Virus record (IMG/VR): IMGVR_UViG_3300030397_000824
Coordinates: 1 to 37,046 of that record
Length of the DNA: 37,046 bases
Origin: a virus
Strand: one strand, 5' to 3'
Shown: piece by piece, positions 26,033 to 34,651 of the stretch
Layout: every line of letters starts with the position of its first letter
How positions within the stretch are numbered: the first letter of the stretch is position 1
The notes under the pieces: generated by a model
What the model saw: the letters and a program-made list of their open reading frames with translations, nothing else
Told to the model about the DNA's origin: nothing
Databases searched by the model: none
Made by a program: the position numbers and the translations under genes

Positions 26033-28276
26033 ATGAGATTTGGTGAAGTCGAACTGCTAGGAAATATCATCTCCGCAGATGGTGCTGCTGCTGGTGACCC
26101 GGGTGACAATATTACTATAACCGCTGGTTCTGGTAATGCTACGTCCGGTGATGGTGGTTCGGTTAATATTTCCGCTGGTGTTGGTGTTGACGCAGGCGAC
26201 GGTGGTAACATCAACCTTACCCCGGGTGCAGGCGCAGGAGCGGGTTCAGCCGGTGCTATCATCATAGCTCAAACTGCTGCTCCTACCGTAACAACCGACA
26301 AACTATATAACGACGGCGGTGCCCTTACATGGAACGGAATAGACATATCCGCTGCTGCTGGTGACGTTACTAAAGTTGGAACCCCAGTTGATAATCAGGT
26401 CGGTGTTTGGACTGGTGATGGAACGATTGAGGGCGATGCCAATTTTGTTTGGACCGGAACCACACTTGATGTTAATGCAACCATCACACTCGGAACACAG
26501 AATTGGATAATTGGTGGTAACGGTACATCGCGGCTCACAATAAATTCGAATGATGTTGTTTCTTCGGGTATTACGTTTAACGATAGTGCTGGTGGAACAG
26601 TTGGCCATGTCTATGGTGATGATGACATTTACCTTGCAGCGGCAAACAACGACATAACTTTTCGTGGTCGTCAAAATGGTGCTGCTATCATGTACCACGA
26701 TGATGTTGAGAAGTGGCATACAACCAATAATGGTGCAGCCCTAGATAGCGGACAACGCATTAACTTCGATGGGTCCGTTGGTACTGGTGATACATACATA
26801 ATTTCCGACGCTACTGATGTATTGAATCTCTACGCTGGTGGCTCCGCTCTTGATTGGGACGGTACTACCGTCGGTGGTACACTGGGTGAACTTCGGTTTA
26901 CCGAACGCGCAGATCACGCATCGATTGTTACAGCCGGAGAAGGTTACTTGTGGGTTCGGAATGATACTCCTAGTAGCTTGATATTCACCGATGATGCTGG
27001 TACTGATGTTGATCTAACAGCGATCAACGCGGCTGGAATATCAGGAACCCCGGTAAACAATCAAGTCGCCGTATGGGTAAATGATTCTGATATCGAAGGC
27101 GCTTCTGGTTTAACCTACGATGGAAATGAGCTTTTTATCTCTAGTTCATCAGCAGAAGTATTGGCTATCAATGATACCGGTGGAGCTACCGCAGCCGCCA
27201 CCGACACCCGAATGACATTCCAAGGTAATGGAGCAGTTCGTGCCAGACTGCGATACTCGGGTGGAGATTTCCGCATGGAAAATCTCGAAGGACCAATCGA
27301 CCTAAGTCCTGCACTCAGTAGTGGTGATGAAATCATCGATATTCTTCGGGGTGGACTACAGTTTCTTGAGCGGGCAGATCATCCAGTAACCGCAATTCCG
27401 GCACGTGGCCAGTTGTGGCTTCGTAATGATACACCAAACGTTTTGGTCTTTACCGATGATGCCGGAACAGATCACGATTTGACTGGTGGCGGAACTCCTA
27501 TTAGCATATCGGATGCCGACGGTGATACCCAAATTCAGGTTGAAGAAGCTGCTGATGAAGATACCATTCGATTCGATACCGGTGACAACGTAACTGGTTT
27601 CCCTGCTCAAGCGAATGCTTTGATTGTATCGTCTGGTCAATTCACTCTTGCCCTACCCGCTGCAAACGTTGCAGCAACCGCTGGCGGTGATGTATCCCTG
27701 ACAGCCGGTGTTGGTAACACAACTGGTACCGGTGGTGATGTATCTCTAACAGCCGGTGCGGGTGGTGCGACTGCTGCGGGTGGTGCGGTTTCCGTAACTG
27801 CTGGTGATGCTGGCGCAACCTCGGGTGATGGTGGTTCCATCACAATTACCGGTGGTGACGCAAGTGGTTCCGGTGATGGTGGTAGTATCAACCTTGTTCC
27901 GGGAACCGGTGCAGGTACGATTGGTATTGATGGTAAGACCAACGTTACCAACCTCGAAGCTCCAATGCCACTCAATAACCAGACTGGAACAACGTATGGT
28001 CCGGTTTTGGATGACGCTGATAAAATGATTACGCTGAACAATGCTTCGGCGGTCACGGTAACAATACCAGCCAACTCGTCTGTTGCCTTTCCGATTGGAA
28101 CCAAATTGAACTTTATGCAATTGGGTGCCGGTCAGGTGACTATTGCAATTACGACAGACACGCTGAATATTCCATCTGCGTTAACAGCAAACCTTACTGA
28201 GCAATATGCGACGGCAACTGCGTTGAAAGTAACAAGCACATCTTGGGTACTATTTGGTAACCTAGAGGCAGCGTAA
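26033..28276 (+). CDS. Modular fibre protein with a C-terminal adaptor-like domain
   Basis: MRFGEVELLGNIISADGAA N-terminus; shared modules; C-terminus NNQTGTTY...VTVTIPANSSVAFPIGT...QLGAGQVTI...WVLFGNL. Confidence 0.8.
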   Translation: MRFGEVELLGNIISADGAAAGDPGDNITITAGSGNATSGDGGSVNISAGVGVDAGDGGNINLTPGAGAGAGSAGAIIIAQTAAPTVTTDKLYNDGGALTWNGIDISAAAGDVTKVGTPVDNQVGVWTGDGTIEGDANFVWTGTTLDVNATITLGTQNWIIGGNGTSRLTINSNDVVSSGITFNDSAGGTVGHVYGDDDIYLAAANNDITFRGRQNGAAIMYHDDVEKWHTTNNGAALDSGQRINFDGSVGTGDTYIISDATDVLNLYAGGSALDWDGTTVGGTLGELRFTERADHASIVTAGEGYLWVRNDTPSSLIFTDDAGTDVDLTAINAAGISGTPVNNQVAVWVNDSDIEGASGLTYDGNELFISSSSAEVLAINDTGGATAAATDTRMTFQGNGAVRARLRYSGGDFRMENLEGPIDLSPALSSGDEIIDILRGGLQFLERADHPVTAIPARGQLWLRNDTPNVLVFTDDAGTDHDLTGGGTPISISDADGDTQIQVEEAADEDTIRFDTGDNVTGFPAQANALIVSSGQFTLALPAANVAATAGGDVSLTAGVGNTTGTGGDVSLTAGAGGATAAGGAVSVTAGDAGATSGDGGSITITGGDASGSGDGGSINLVPGTGAGTIGIDGKTNVTNLEAPMPLNNQTGTTYGPVLDDADKMITLNNASAVTVTIPANSSVAFPIGTKLNFMQLGAGQVTIAITTDTLNIPSALTANLTEQYATATALKVTSTSWVLFGNLEAA

Positions 28277-31068
28277 TGTTAATCCTTGGTAGCATTAGCG
28301 TTCAGTCTACTATCACGGCAAGCGGTAACGATGTTGGCCGTGGTAGCTCCACGGCGCGTTCTAATTATCTAGGCACCTTGTCTATTGCCAAGACTTTCGA
28401 ATATTTGTTTGAAGGTGGTGATCCGGATTATCTTCTGGAAGAAGGTGGTGATACAACCAATGATTTGTTTGTTGGTGATTCTACTGTTCTGCCTACCTTT
28501 TCTCAGCCAGCGCTTTCGTTTGCATCTTCGGATTCTATAACGTGGCCAAATGACGATTCTTTTGCTCAATTAGAAGGTACTGGTAATTGGGGTACCGGAA
28601 ATTATATCTACGAACTATGGTACCAACAATCCGATTATACCGGTCATGGATTGGATGAAAATACCGATGATGGTTTCGTCCAAATGATCGGTGCGGCGAA
28701 CAATAGCACTCGATACTTGGGACGTTATTTTAATGGCATATCTGGCGGAAACGAAGTATCTTATTTTCCTGCCGGTGGAAGAACCGGGAATAGAAACTGG
28801 GAATCTTTTGTTGATACGTATGGGGACGATGTCCCACATCAATTGCTAGAAGTACACGAGTCCGCCAACCGAGATAACTATCTTGTGATACTGGATGGAA
28901 TTCCGATTGCAAGCGGAACAGACTCGGATGGGGTAATCCAAAGTTGGGATAATGCCAACGACATTGCATTCAATGGTAATGCAGCGCTGGCTGATGCTCA
29001 GCGTTCTGGTGCAACTATGGGATCATTCACACTATACGACAACGGTGAAAACGTCACCTTGCAAATGGCACGTGAGTTGTTTGAAGTTAGTGCATTAAAC
29101 AATCAGGATATGCTCACAGTTCCGAAGTGGGTTCCATTAGATGCAGAAAACGTCACGGTCGAACCGTATATGTTCAATGTGGTAACAATGGGTGATGTAT
29201 CAGGGGCAACTGGTGTACGCTCTGGCGCAATTCCTCGCGGCAATGGTGTTGGTAAAGTTTACTTTGAATTTGAAGTTATTGATCAAGGAGATAACACATC
29301 AGCAAGCCGTGTTGGTATTCGACGAATGATAACAATCGCTGATGTGGGTGATGTGACCGATGCGTCAGAAGATGGTCAAAAACACCATTTCTATATTGAT
29401 TCAAACAACATTGAGTATGATGACGAAATCGACACTGGGGTAGATGTTGATCCATTAACAATCGGAATGCGTACCGGTGTTACGATCATGGTAGCCATTG
29501 ATTGGAGTACGGGTGATTTTTGGTTTGGTCGTGATGGAACATGGGGAGATAATAGCGGTGATCCCGCAACCGGTGCCAATCCGGTAGACACAATTGATCG
29601 CAACACTAACTGGGCTGCGCATGTTTGGAATAATGGGACATCCGGTAATAGTGTTGTCCGTCTCAAGACCCACCTACATGAAATGTTGTATACACCACCG
29701 AGTGGGTTTACTGCATGGACTGGTAATATAACACCCGAGGTTGGTGGGCGTGGCCCAATTGCTCGCCGTGCCGCCATCGATAGTATGGGTTCCCAAATTG
29801 ATCGAGAATATAAGTGGGAGGGTACAACCACGACATATCTGTATGATTTCAATGAAACTAATAAGCGATATCCATTAATTGAAGGTAGTGGTATGGGTGA
29901 GCGCACTCTAGGTGGTGCGCAACTTAGTCATGCCTCGGTTGATTCCGTAAATTGGGGTAATTCCAGTAATGATCCATTTGTTAATAATACGGCTAATATT
30001 TCGTTTGATAATGCGGCACACACATGGGAACTGTGGTTTCGGCAACCAGATAATTCGCAAGACCTGTCGATTCTGATTGGTGCAACCAACAATACTAATA
30101 TTGTACTGGGTAAACCTACTGCGGCAATTAATATGCCAGCCGCACGTAACAATTTTAATGCAACATTGGCATGGGAATCAGAAATTGATGTCTATGGTGA
30201 TAATCAAGCACACCAACTTATGGAAGTCCATGATGGTGCAAACGGAACTGATTACTTTGTTACGCTTGACGGGATGCCGGTTGCTAGTGGATCAAATAGT
30301 GGGTTTTGGGGGATTCTTTCCGCTGGAGCGTACCGATTCAATAGCGATGGCGCTAGCGGCGATGGTTCCGATGCGTCGGGTGCAGACTTTGGTTCATTTA
30401 CCCAATATCGCGGGGGTCCAAGTTTGACATTGTTTGATTGTCGAAAATTATTCCGGGCTTCAGCGCTATCTGGACACCAAATGTTGACCTCCCCACAATG
30501 GTGTGCACTCGACTCTGTGAATTGTACATTTGGTGGAACAGGGAACAAAGATGTTACACTGGGCGATGTATCTAGCAACACTGGTGCTCGTTCCTACGCA
30601 ATACCAAGAAACGGAAAAGTATATTTTGAAATCGAAGTGCTAGCCCAAGGTGATAGTACATTTGGCCGGGTTGGTGTTCGTAAGCTTCTTGATCGCTTCA
30701 ATGTTGGTGATAATGCGGTAGAAAATGCGTCGGATATATTCTACCAAGTTAATACGAACTTTAACGATGGTGATGGTAGTATAGGAGCTACCGGACTTAG
30801 TAGCCAAACCACAGGACTTATCATGCAGTGTGCCATCGATTGGGATACCGGAAATCTTTGGTGGGGTAATGATGATACATGGGCATCAAGCGGCGAGCCC
30901 GATACCGATACAAACCCACTTGTGGTTATAGATGATGAAGAAGATTGGGCCGTTTGGGTTGGTGTGAACGGCGCTGTTGGTAACCAGCAATATCGATTGG
31001 TCACCGCAGCCGGAGATTTGAACCATACACTTCCAACCGGATACTCTGCATGGGAAGATGCAGACTAA
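28276..31068 (+). CDS. Putative adhesin / receptor-binding protein with two tandem [ConA/LamG-like + SPRY-like] units
   Basis: Internal duplication: ELW(Y/F).Q...IGA.NN...D.YGD...HQL.EVH...LDG.P.ASG and GKVYFE.EV..QGD...RVG.R...AIDW.TG..W.G....W...P.G..AW, each twice. TAATG coupling. Confidence 0.75.
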   Translation: MLILGSISVQSTITASGNDVGRGSSTARSNYLGTLSIAKTFEYLFEGGDPDYLLEEGGDTTNDLFVGDSTVLPTFSQPALSFASSDSITWPNDDSFAQLEGTGNWGTGNYIYELWYQQSDYTGHGLDENTDDGFVQMIGAANNSTRYLGRYFNGISGGNEVSYFPAGGRTGNRNWESFVDTYGDDVPHQLLEVHESANRDNYLVILDGIPIASGTDSDGVIQSWDNANDIAFNGNAALADAQRSGATMGSFTLYDNGENVTLQMARELFEVSALNNQDMLTVPKWVPLDAENVTVEPYMFNVVTMGDVSGATGVRSGAIPRGNGVGKVYFEFEVIDQGDNTSASRVGIRRMITIADVGDVTDASEDGQKHHFYIDSNNIEYDDEIDTGVDVDPLTIGMRTGVTIMVAIDWSTGDFWFGRDGTWGDNSGDPATGANPVDTIDRNTNWAAHVWNNGTSGNSVVRLKTHLHEMLYTPPSGFTAWTGNITPEVGGRGPIARRAAIDSMGSQIDREYKWEGTTTTYLYDFNETNKRYPLIEGSGMGERTLGGAQLSHASVDSVNWGNSSNDPFVNNTANISFDNAAHTWELWFRQPDNSQDLSILIGATNNTNIVLGKPTAAINMPAARNNFNATLAWESEIDVYGDNQAHQLMEVHDGANGTDYFVTLDGMPVASGSNSGFWGILSAGAYRFNSDGASGDGSDASGADFGSFTQYRGGPSLTLFDCRKLFRASALSGHQMLTSPQWCALDSVNCTFGGTGNKDVTLGDVSSNTGARSYAIPRNGKVYFEIEVLAQGDSTFGRVGVRKLLDRFNVGDNAVENASDIFYQVNTNFNDGDGSIGATGLSSQTTGLIMQCAIDWDTGNLWWGNDDTWASSGEPDTDTNPLVVIDDEEDWAVWVGVNGAVGNQQYRLVTAAGDLNHTLPTGYSAWEDAD

Positions 31069-31124
31069 TGGATCGATAGCTTAATCAACTTGTATTCTAA
31101 TAATAGTGGTATTATATTTTCTTC

Positions 31125-32420
31125 ATGAAAATATTTGGCATCGGTCTATCCAAAACGGGGACAAATTCACTAACCATAGCGTTACAAAAGCTTGGTTATA
31201 ACATAGCTCATTACCCGCCACCTAATATGTTCGAAGTCCTCGCGGTAGACGATTTGGATGGTTGCACGGATATCCCCACCGCATTACGATTCAAGGCACT
31301 AGATAAGAAGTTCCCGGGCAGTAAGTTCATATTGACTATACGGGACAAACCCTCGTGGATACGATCAATACAAGACCATTATCAACGTCGTCCGGCATCT
31401 ACCTTAAATGACTGGGGTAAACAAAACCGAATTGATTTATATGGTGGTCTCACCATAGACGAATGTGATTTTGGAAAAGCCTACGAGGACCATTTATTCG
31501 ACGTGTACGAATACTTCGGAAACGACCGTGATAATGACCTATTGGTGTTAGACATTGGATGGGACAACAAGTGGGAATTGTTGTGTAATTTCTTGGGACA
31601 TGATGTCGTTAACGAGCCCTATCCGGTCGCAAATGAAAAACCAAAACAAACCAAGACCATCGATGCTGTTTATCCATATGCATCCCAAGGCGCAAAATGG
31701 GAAGAGTTACGTTACTCAATCAGATCACTTCATAAGAATTTCCTAGACCTTCGCGATATATGGGTTGTCGGTGATGGCAACCAACCATGGATGCAGGGAA
31801 CAAAGTATATCGAAGCGAAGCGGAGTTACGATTATAGTGAAGATGCCTTCATTAAAAATTATGACTATACTCGGATGCTTTTGATAGCGGCCTTGAATCC
31901 GGAAATAAGCGATCCTTTCCTTGCTATCAATGATGACCATTATCTACTTGCACCCACCACAGGGGAACTAATTGATGAGCGCGTCATGGTTCGGGAGGAC
32001 ATGTCCGCATTTACCGCAGAACAACGAGCAAGTGCCGATTCGGAATGGCAGCGTGCTATGTGGGAGCAGTACGACCGCTTACGTGCTGTGGGACTGGGTG
32101 GCTGGAACTTTGAATGCCACACGCCCGTATTGGTGGAAAAACAAAAACTCCTTCATACATGGTCTTATTTTGGTTACGGTGAAGGAAAATTGATTTGGAA
32201 ATCTGCATATTTCAATATGTTTCCTCCGACCAACACGAGTGCTTCGTTATCGGAAGTATCCGGGCATAAGTTCGGTGCTTATAAGGAATTATCCTATACC
32301 GAAATAAAACAGCGGGGCGGAGAGGCAATTTACTTGAATCATAATGACGAGGGATTGAACGACCACCTCAAACAATATATCCAAGAGCGGTTCCCTAATC
32401 CCTCTCCATATGAGGTTTAA
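31125..32420 (+). CDS. Sulfotransferase-family domain fused to a Stealth-like sugar-phosphate transferase domain
   Basis: N-terminal IFGIGLSKTGTNSL..AL..LGY, FPGSKFILTIRD..SW..S, WELLCNFLG; C-terminal IDAVYPY, EELRYSIRSL.KN, FLAINDDHY, HTP, and terminal FP.PS.YE. Confidence 0.75.
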   Translation: MKIFGIGLSKTGTNSLTIALQKLGYNIAHYPPPNMFEVLAVDDLDGCTDIPTALRFKALDKKFPGSKFILTIRDKPSWIRSIQDHYQRRPASTLNDWGKQNRIDLYGGLTIDECDFGKAYEDHLFDVYEYFGNDRDNDLLVLDIGWDNKWELLCNFLGHDVVNEPYPVANEKPKQTKTIDAVYPYASQGAKWEELRYSIRSLHKNFLDLRDIWVVGDGNQPWMQGTKYIEAKRSYDYSEDAFIKNYDYTRMLLIAALNPEISDPFLAINDDHYLLAPTTGELIDERVMVREDMSAFTAEQRASADSEWQRAMWEQYDRLRAVGLGGWNFECHTPVLVEKQKLLHTWSYFGYGEGKLIWKSAYFNMFPPTNTSASLSEVSGHKFGAYKELSYTEIKQRGGEAIYLNHNDEGLNDHLKQYIQERFPNPSPYEV

Positions 32421-32436
32421 CAATCCACTTTATCGG

Positions 32437-32442
32437 TAAATA
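32437..32442 (+). promoter_or_regulatory. Late-promoter-like TAAATA
   Basis: TCGGTAAATATAGTTA upstream of 32466. Confidence 0.65.
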
Positions 32443-32465
32443 TAGTTAGTGATTAGGAACTAACT

Positions 32466-33116
32466 ATGTCAAAAGACGATTTCTGGAAAACCGTTTCCCT
32501 AGACCCTACCGGGGTCGTGGCTGGAACGTATAACATTCCACAACTTACTATTTCAGAAGACGGTCGTATCACCAGTGCATCCGGTGGTTCGGTGTCTACT
32601 GTTTCCACTGTATCCACAATTGCCGACCTTCCATCAGTCGTGGCACCATCCAATGGTGACTTGGCGGCGGTAATGGATGATGGGTCAGGAAACGAGCAAC
32701 TGTATATCTGGAATGATGCCAATTCCGACCTTGGGAATCCATTGCTTCGTTGGCGTTTGGTTGGTTCTACCGAGACTTCGGTAACTCGTAAGGACTATCG
32801 TCAAAGTATTATCGACATCACCGCCGTGCAGGACATCGATTCAGTAATTCCTGATACCGGAATCATCAAACGCGTTACCGTGGAAATCACCACACCGTAT
32901 TCGGGCGGTGCTACGATGGAAATACAGGATGCCGGTTCATTTGTTTATATGCCATTTTCGTCCATAAATCCTCAATTAGCAGGAACATACATCGAAGATT
33001 TATCAGGTAATGTGAACACCATTGCAACAAATGGGTCCGGACAAATCCGGGCAATTGTCGGTGGTGCTCCGGGTGTTGGAGATGGCGTAGTTTACGTCGA
33101 ATGGATTAACGGTTAA
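32466..33116 (+). CDS. Virion structural protein with a tail-fibre repeat
   Basis: TGVVAGTY....TISEDGRITSAS matches the GV.AGTY..VTVD..GR.T fibre repeat; beta-sandwich-like C-terminus. Confidence 0.65.
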   Translation: MSKDDFWKTVSLDPTGVVAGTYNIPQLTISEDGRITSASGGSVSTVSTVSTIADLPSVVAPSNGDLAAVMDDGSGNEQLYIWNDANSDLGNPLLRWRLVGSTETSVTRKDYRQSIIDITAVQDIDSVIPDTGIIKRVTVEITTPYSGGATMEIQDAGSFVYMPFSSINPQLAGTYIEDLSGNVNTIATNGSGQIRAIVGGAPGVGDGVVYVEWING

Positions 33117-33502
33117 CTTCCGTATTTGTCAATCAACTCATAAATTTTGTCTTCGATGTGTTTCAGCACTTTCGGAGCATGAGTTTTCAGGTCGGACAAT
33201 CCAGTACCAAAACCTTCGGTAGGGAACACCACTGTCTTTCCTGCTGACAGAAGTGTTTCCACTACGATGAAATCTTCATCGATTTTCGCAGTACAAACTT
33301 CGAATTCATCATCAGAATAAAATGATGTTGGGAGATCGTTGGGATGCTTCTTGGTACGAATACCGATGGCATTGCGCTCGCCACGCATTTCTTTGGCTTG
33401 TCCGCCCAGACCTACACGGTCATCATTGTCACCAAAACAATAAAATAGGTCCGGGTTCAGTTCGAGGTCGGAACGGTAAATTCGATATTGGAATATAATC
33501 AT
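33113..33502 (-). CDS. Phage protein of the FGDN..R.G.GGQA type (DUF7831-like)
   Basis: RSDL..NPD.FYCFGDN..RVGLGGQAKEMRGE.NAIGIRTK...VVFP.EGFGTGL. Confidence 0.65.
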   Translation of the reverse strand: MIIFQYRIYRSDLELNPDLFYCFGDNDDRVGLGGQAKEMRGERNAIGIRTKKHPNDLPTSFYSDDEFEVCTAKIDEDFIVVETLLSAGKTVVFPTEGFGTGLSDLKTHAPKVLKHIEDKIYELIDKYGS

Positions 33503-33504
33503 AA

Positions 33505-34380
33505 TTATTTCTCCCGGGAATAAGATTCGACGACGAATTTCATCATCTCGTGATCCATCTCCTGTTTCATTTCAGCCCACTCAGGGGTCTCTGTTCTGTC
33601 ACGGTCGTACAGGGTTTTAGCGATTCGGTAATCACCCCGACCCTCGTAATGGTCGAAACACATACCTACTACAGTTTCGTACATGACAGCGAAGAGAGGT
33701 TCATACTCTTCCTGTCCCATGTTACCTGTTTTCAGACGCATGACTACGTTTCGCATAACGCCAGTCGGAACATATGTGATTTTTCCTTCGTCTACGTAAG
33801 AGATAAGGAAAAGAAAAATTCGGATTGCGTTTGCAGCCTTCTTTGGCTTCCATCCATTTTTGATTGCATCGTCGTGGGCTTTGAGTGCCATGAACCATGC
33901 AGCACGAATGTTCGCAACCACATTCATTTCCACCATTGGTTTGAGGAAAGCCTGAATGATATAAGCAAAATCTGGCCGAGCCTTACACGTTGGTGAGAAT
34001 ATTGCTTCAAAATGATTCATACTTCCCTTCAAAACGAATTGGATGTATTTGTGAGCAGCAGAAAGTTGACAATCGAAGGCGTCAGTCACGAAGTTGAATT
34101 GGGGAAATGACGTATTGTAAAAGTCAGAAAGATTCGGCATGTAAACTGCCTTCATATCCAAATCCGAGTCTTCGGTTAGTAAATCGTAATTTACCGACCC
34201 TACCGGCGCAACCATGAGAATGTCGCGGGTGCCGTTGCATTCTTCAGTCCATTCTTCTAGCGCCGGGGCCAGAGCCGAGTGGATATCACCCATGTCTGGC
34301 TGTGAAGCAAAACGCTCAGGATGACTGAGCATATCAAGAACGAAATTAACGGCGCTTTCCGCCTTTCCAACTGACATCAT
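33505..34380 (-). CDS. DNA polymerase beta-superfamily nucleotidyltransferase (RlaP-like)
   Basis: Start placed at ATG 34380 (or 34377). GSVNYDL.T.DSDLD.KAVYMP signature. Confidence 0.8.
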   Translation of the reverse strand: MMSVGKAESAVNFVLDMLSHPERFASQPDMGDIHSALAPALEEWTEECNGTRDILMVAPVGSVNYDLLTEDSDLDMKAVYMPNLSDFYNTSFPQFNFVTDAFDCQLSAAHKYIQFVLKGSMNHFEAIFSPTCKARPDFAYIIQAFLKPMVEMNVVANIRAAWFMALKAHDDAIKNGWKPKKAANAIRIFLFLISYVDEGKITYVPTGVMRNVVMRLKTGNMGQEEYEPLFAVMYETVVGMCFDHYEGRGDYRIAKTLYDRDRTETPEWAEMKQEMDHEMMKFVVESYSREK

Positions 34381-34390
34381 TGAAGTGGCC

Positions 34391-34579
34391 TTATTTGGAA
34401 ACGGTGCGCCAGTGATCGGGACCACGCGAGACATGGAACGTCCACTCCTTGGCAACTTCCGGGTTCTCCGGACGCTCACCCTGAAACGAGTCACGTTGTG
34501 CTTTCGCTTCGAGTTTGTTGGTGAAGCCGTCTTCGACGACCGCGTTGCCTTTTTTGACACAGAATAGATTGTTAGCCAT
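34391..34579 (-). CDS. Small hypothetical protein (62 aa)
   Basis: ATG 34579 with GAGGAG SD: MANNLFCVKKG...HVSRGPDHWR. Confidence 0.7.
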   Translation of the reverse strand: MANNLFCVKKGNAVVEDGFTNKLEAKAQRDSFQGERPENPEVAKEWTFHVSRGPDHWRTVSK

Positions 34580-34591
34580 GGTGCTCCTCGC

Positions 34592-34639
34592 TTGACAGGT
34601 TATTTGATGAAATATACAATACTTTACATCGATTGTCAA
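34592..34639. promoter_or_regulatory. Overlapping bidirectional sigma70-type promoter
   Basis: Plus: TTGACA(34592)-17-TACAAT(34615-34620). Minus: TTGACA(34639)-17-TATATT(34616-34611). Confidence 0.75.
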
Positions 34640-34651
34640 TGAGCACGCATC

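Larger units (their letters stand above)
19084..26434 (+). repeat. Dispersed 75-nt coding module GDVTKVGTPV.NQVGVWTGDGT.EG
   Basis: Copies start at about 19084, 22221, 24308, 24815 and 26360, with a degenerate copy near 27040. Near-identical protein, diverged third codon positions. Confidence 0.9.

Noticed and set aside
18040-27930. Collagen-like protein
   Set aside because: No sustained G-X-Y triplet register and little Pro; the period is about 14-20 aa.
14402-31004. Many Pro/Thr/Ser-rich antisense and off-frame ORFs
   Set aside because: Expected by-products of GGT/GCT/ACT-rich codons in the fibre genes; no independent support.
16638-31068. Diversity-generating retroelement or invertase shufflon acting on the fibres
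   Set aside because: No reverse transcriptase or recombinase in the window, no near-identical repeat pair differing only at adenines, and no inverted cassettes seen.
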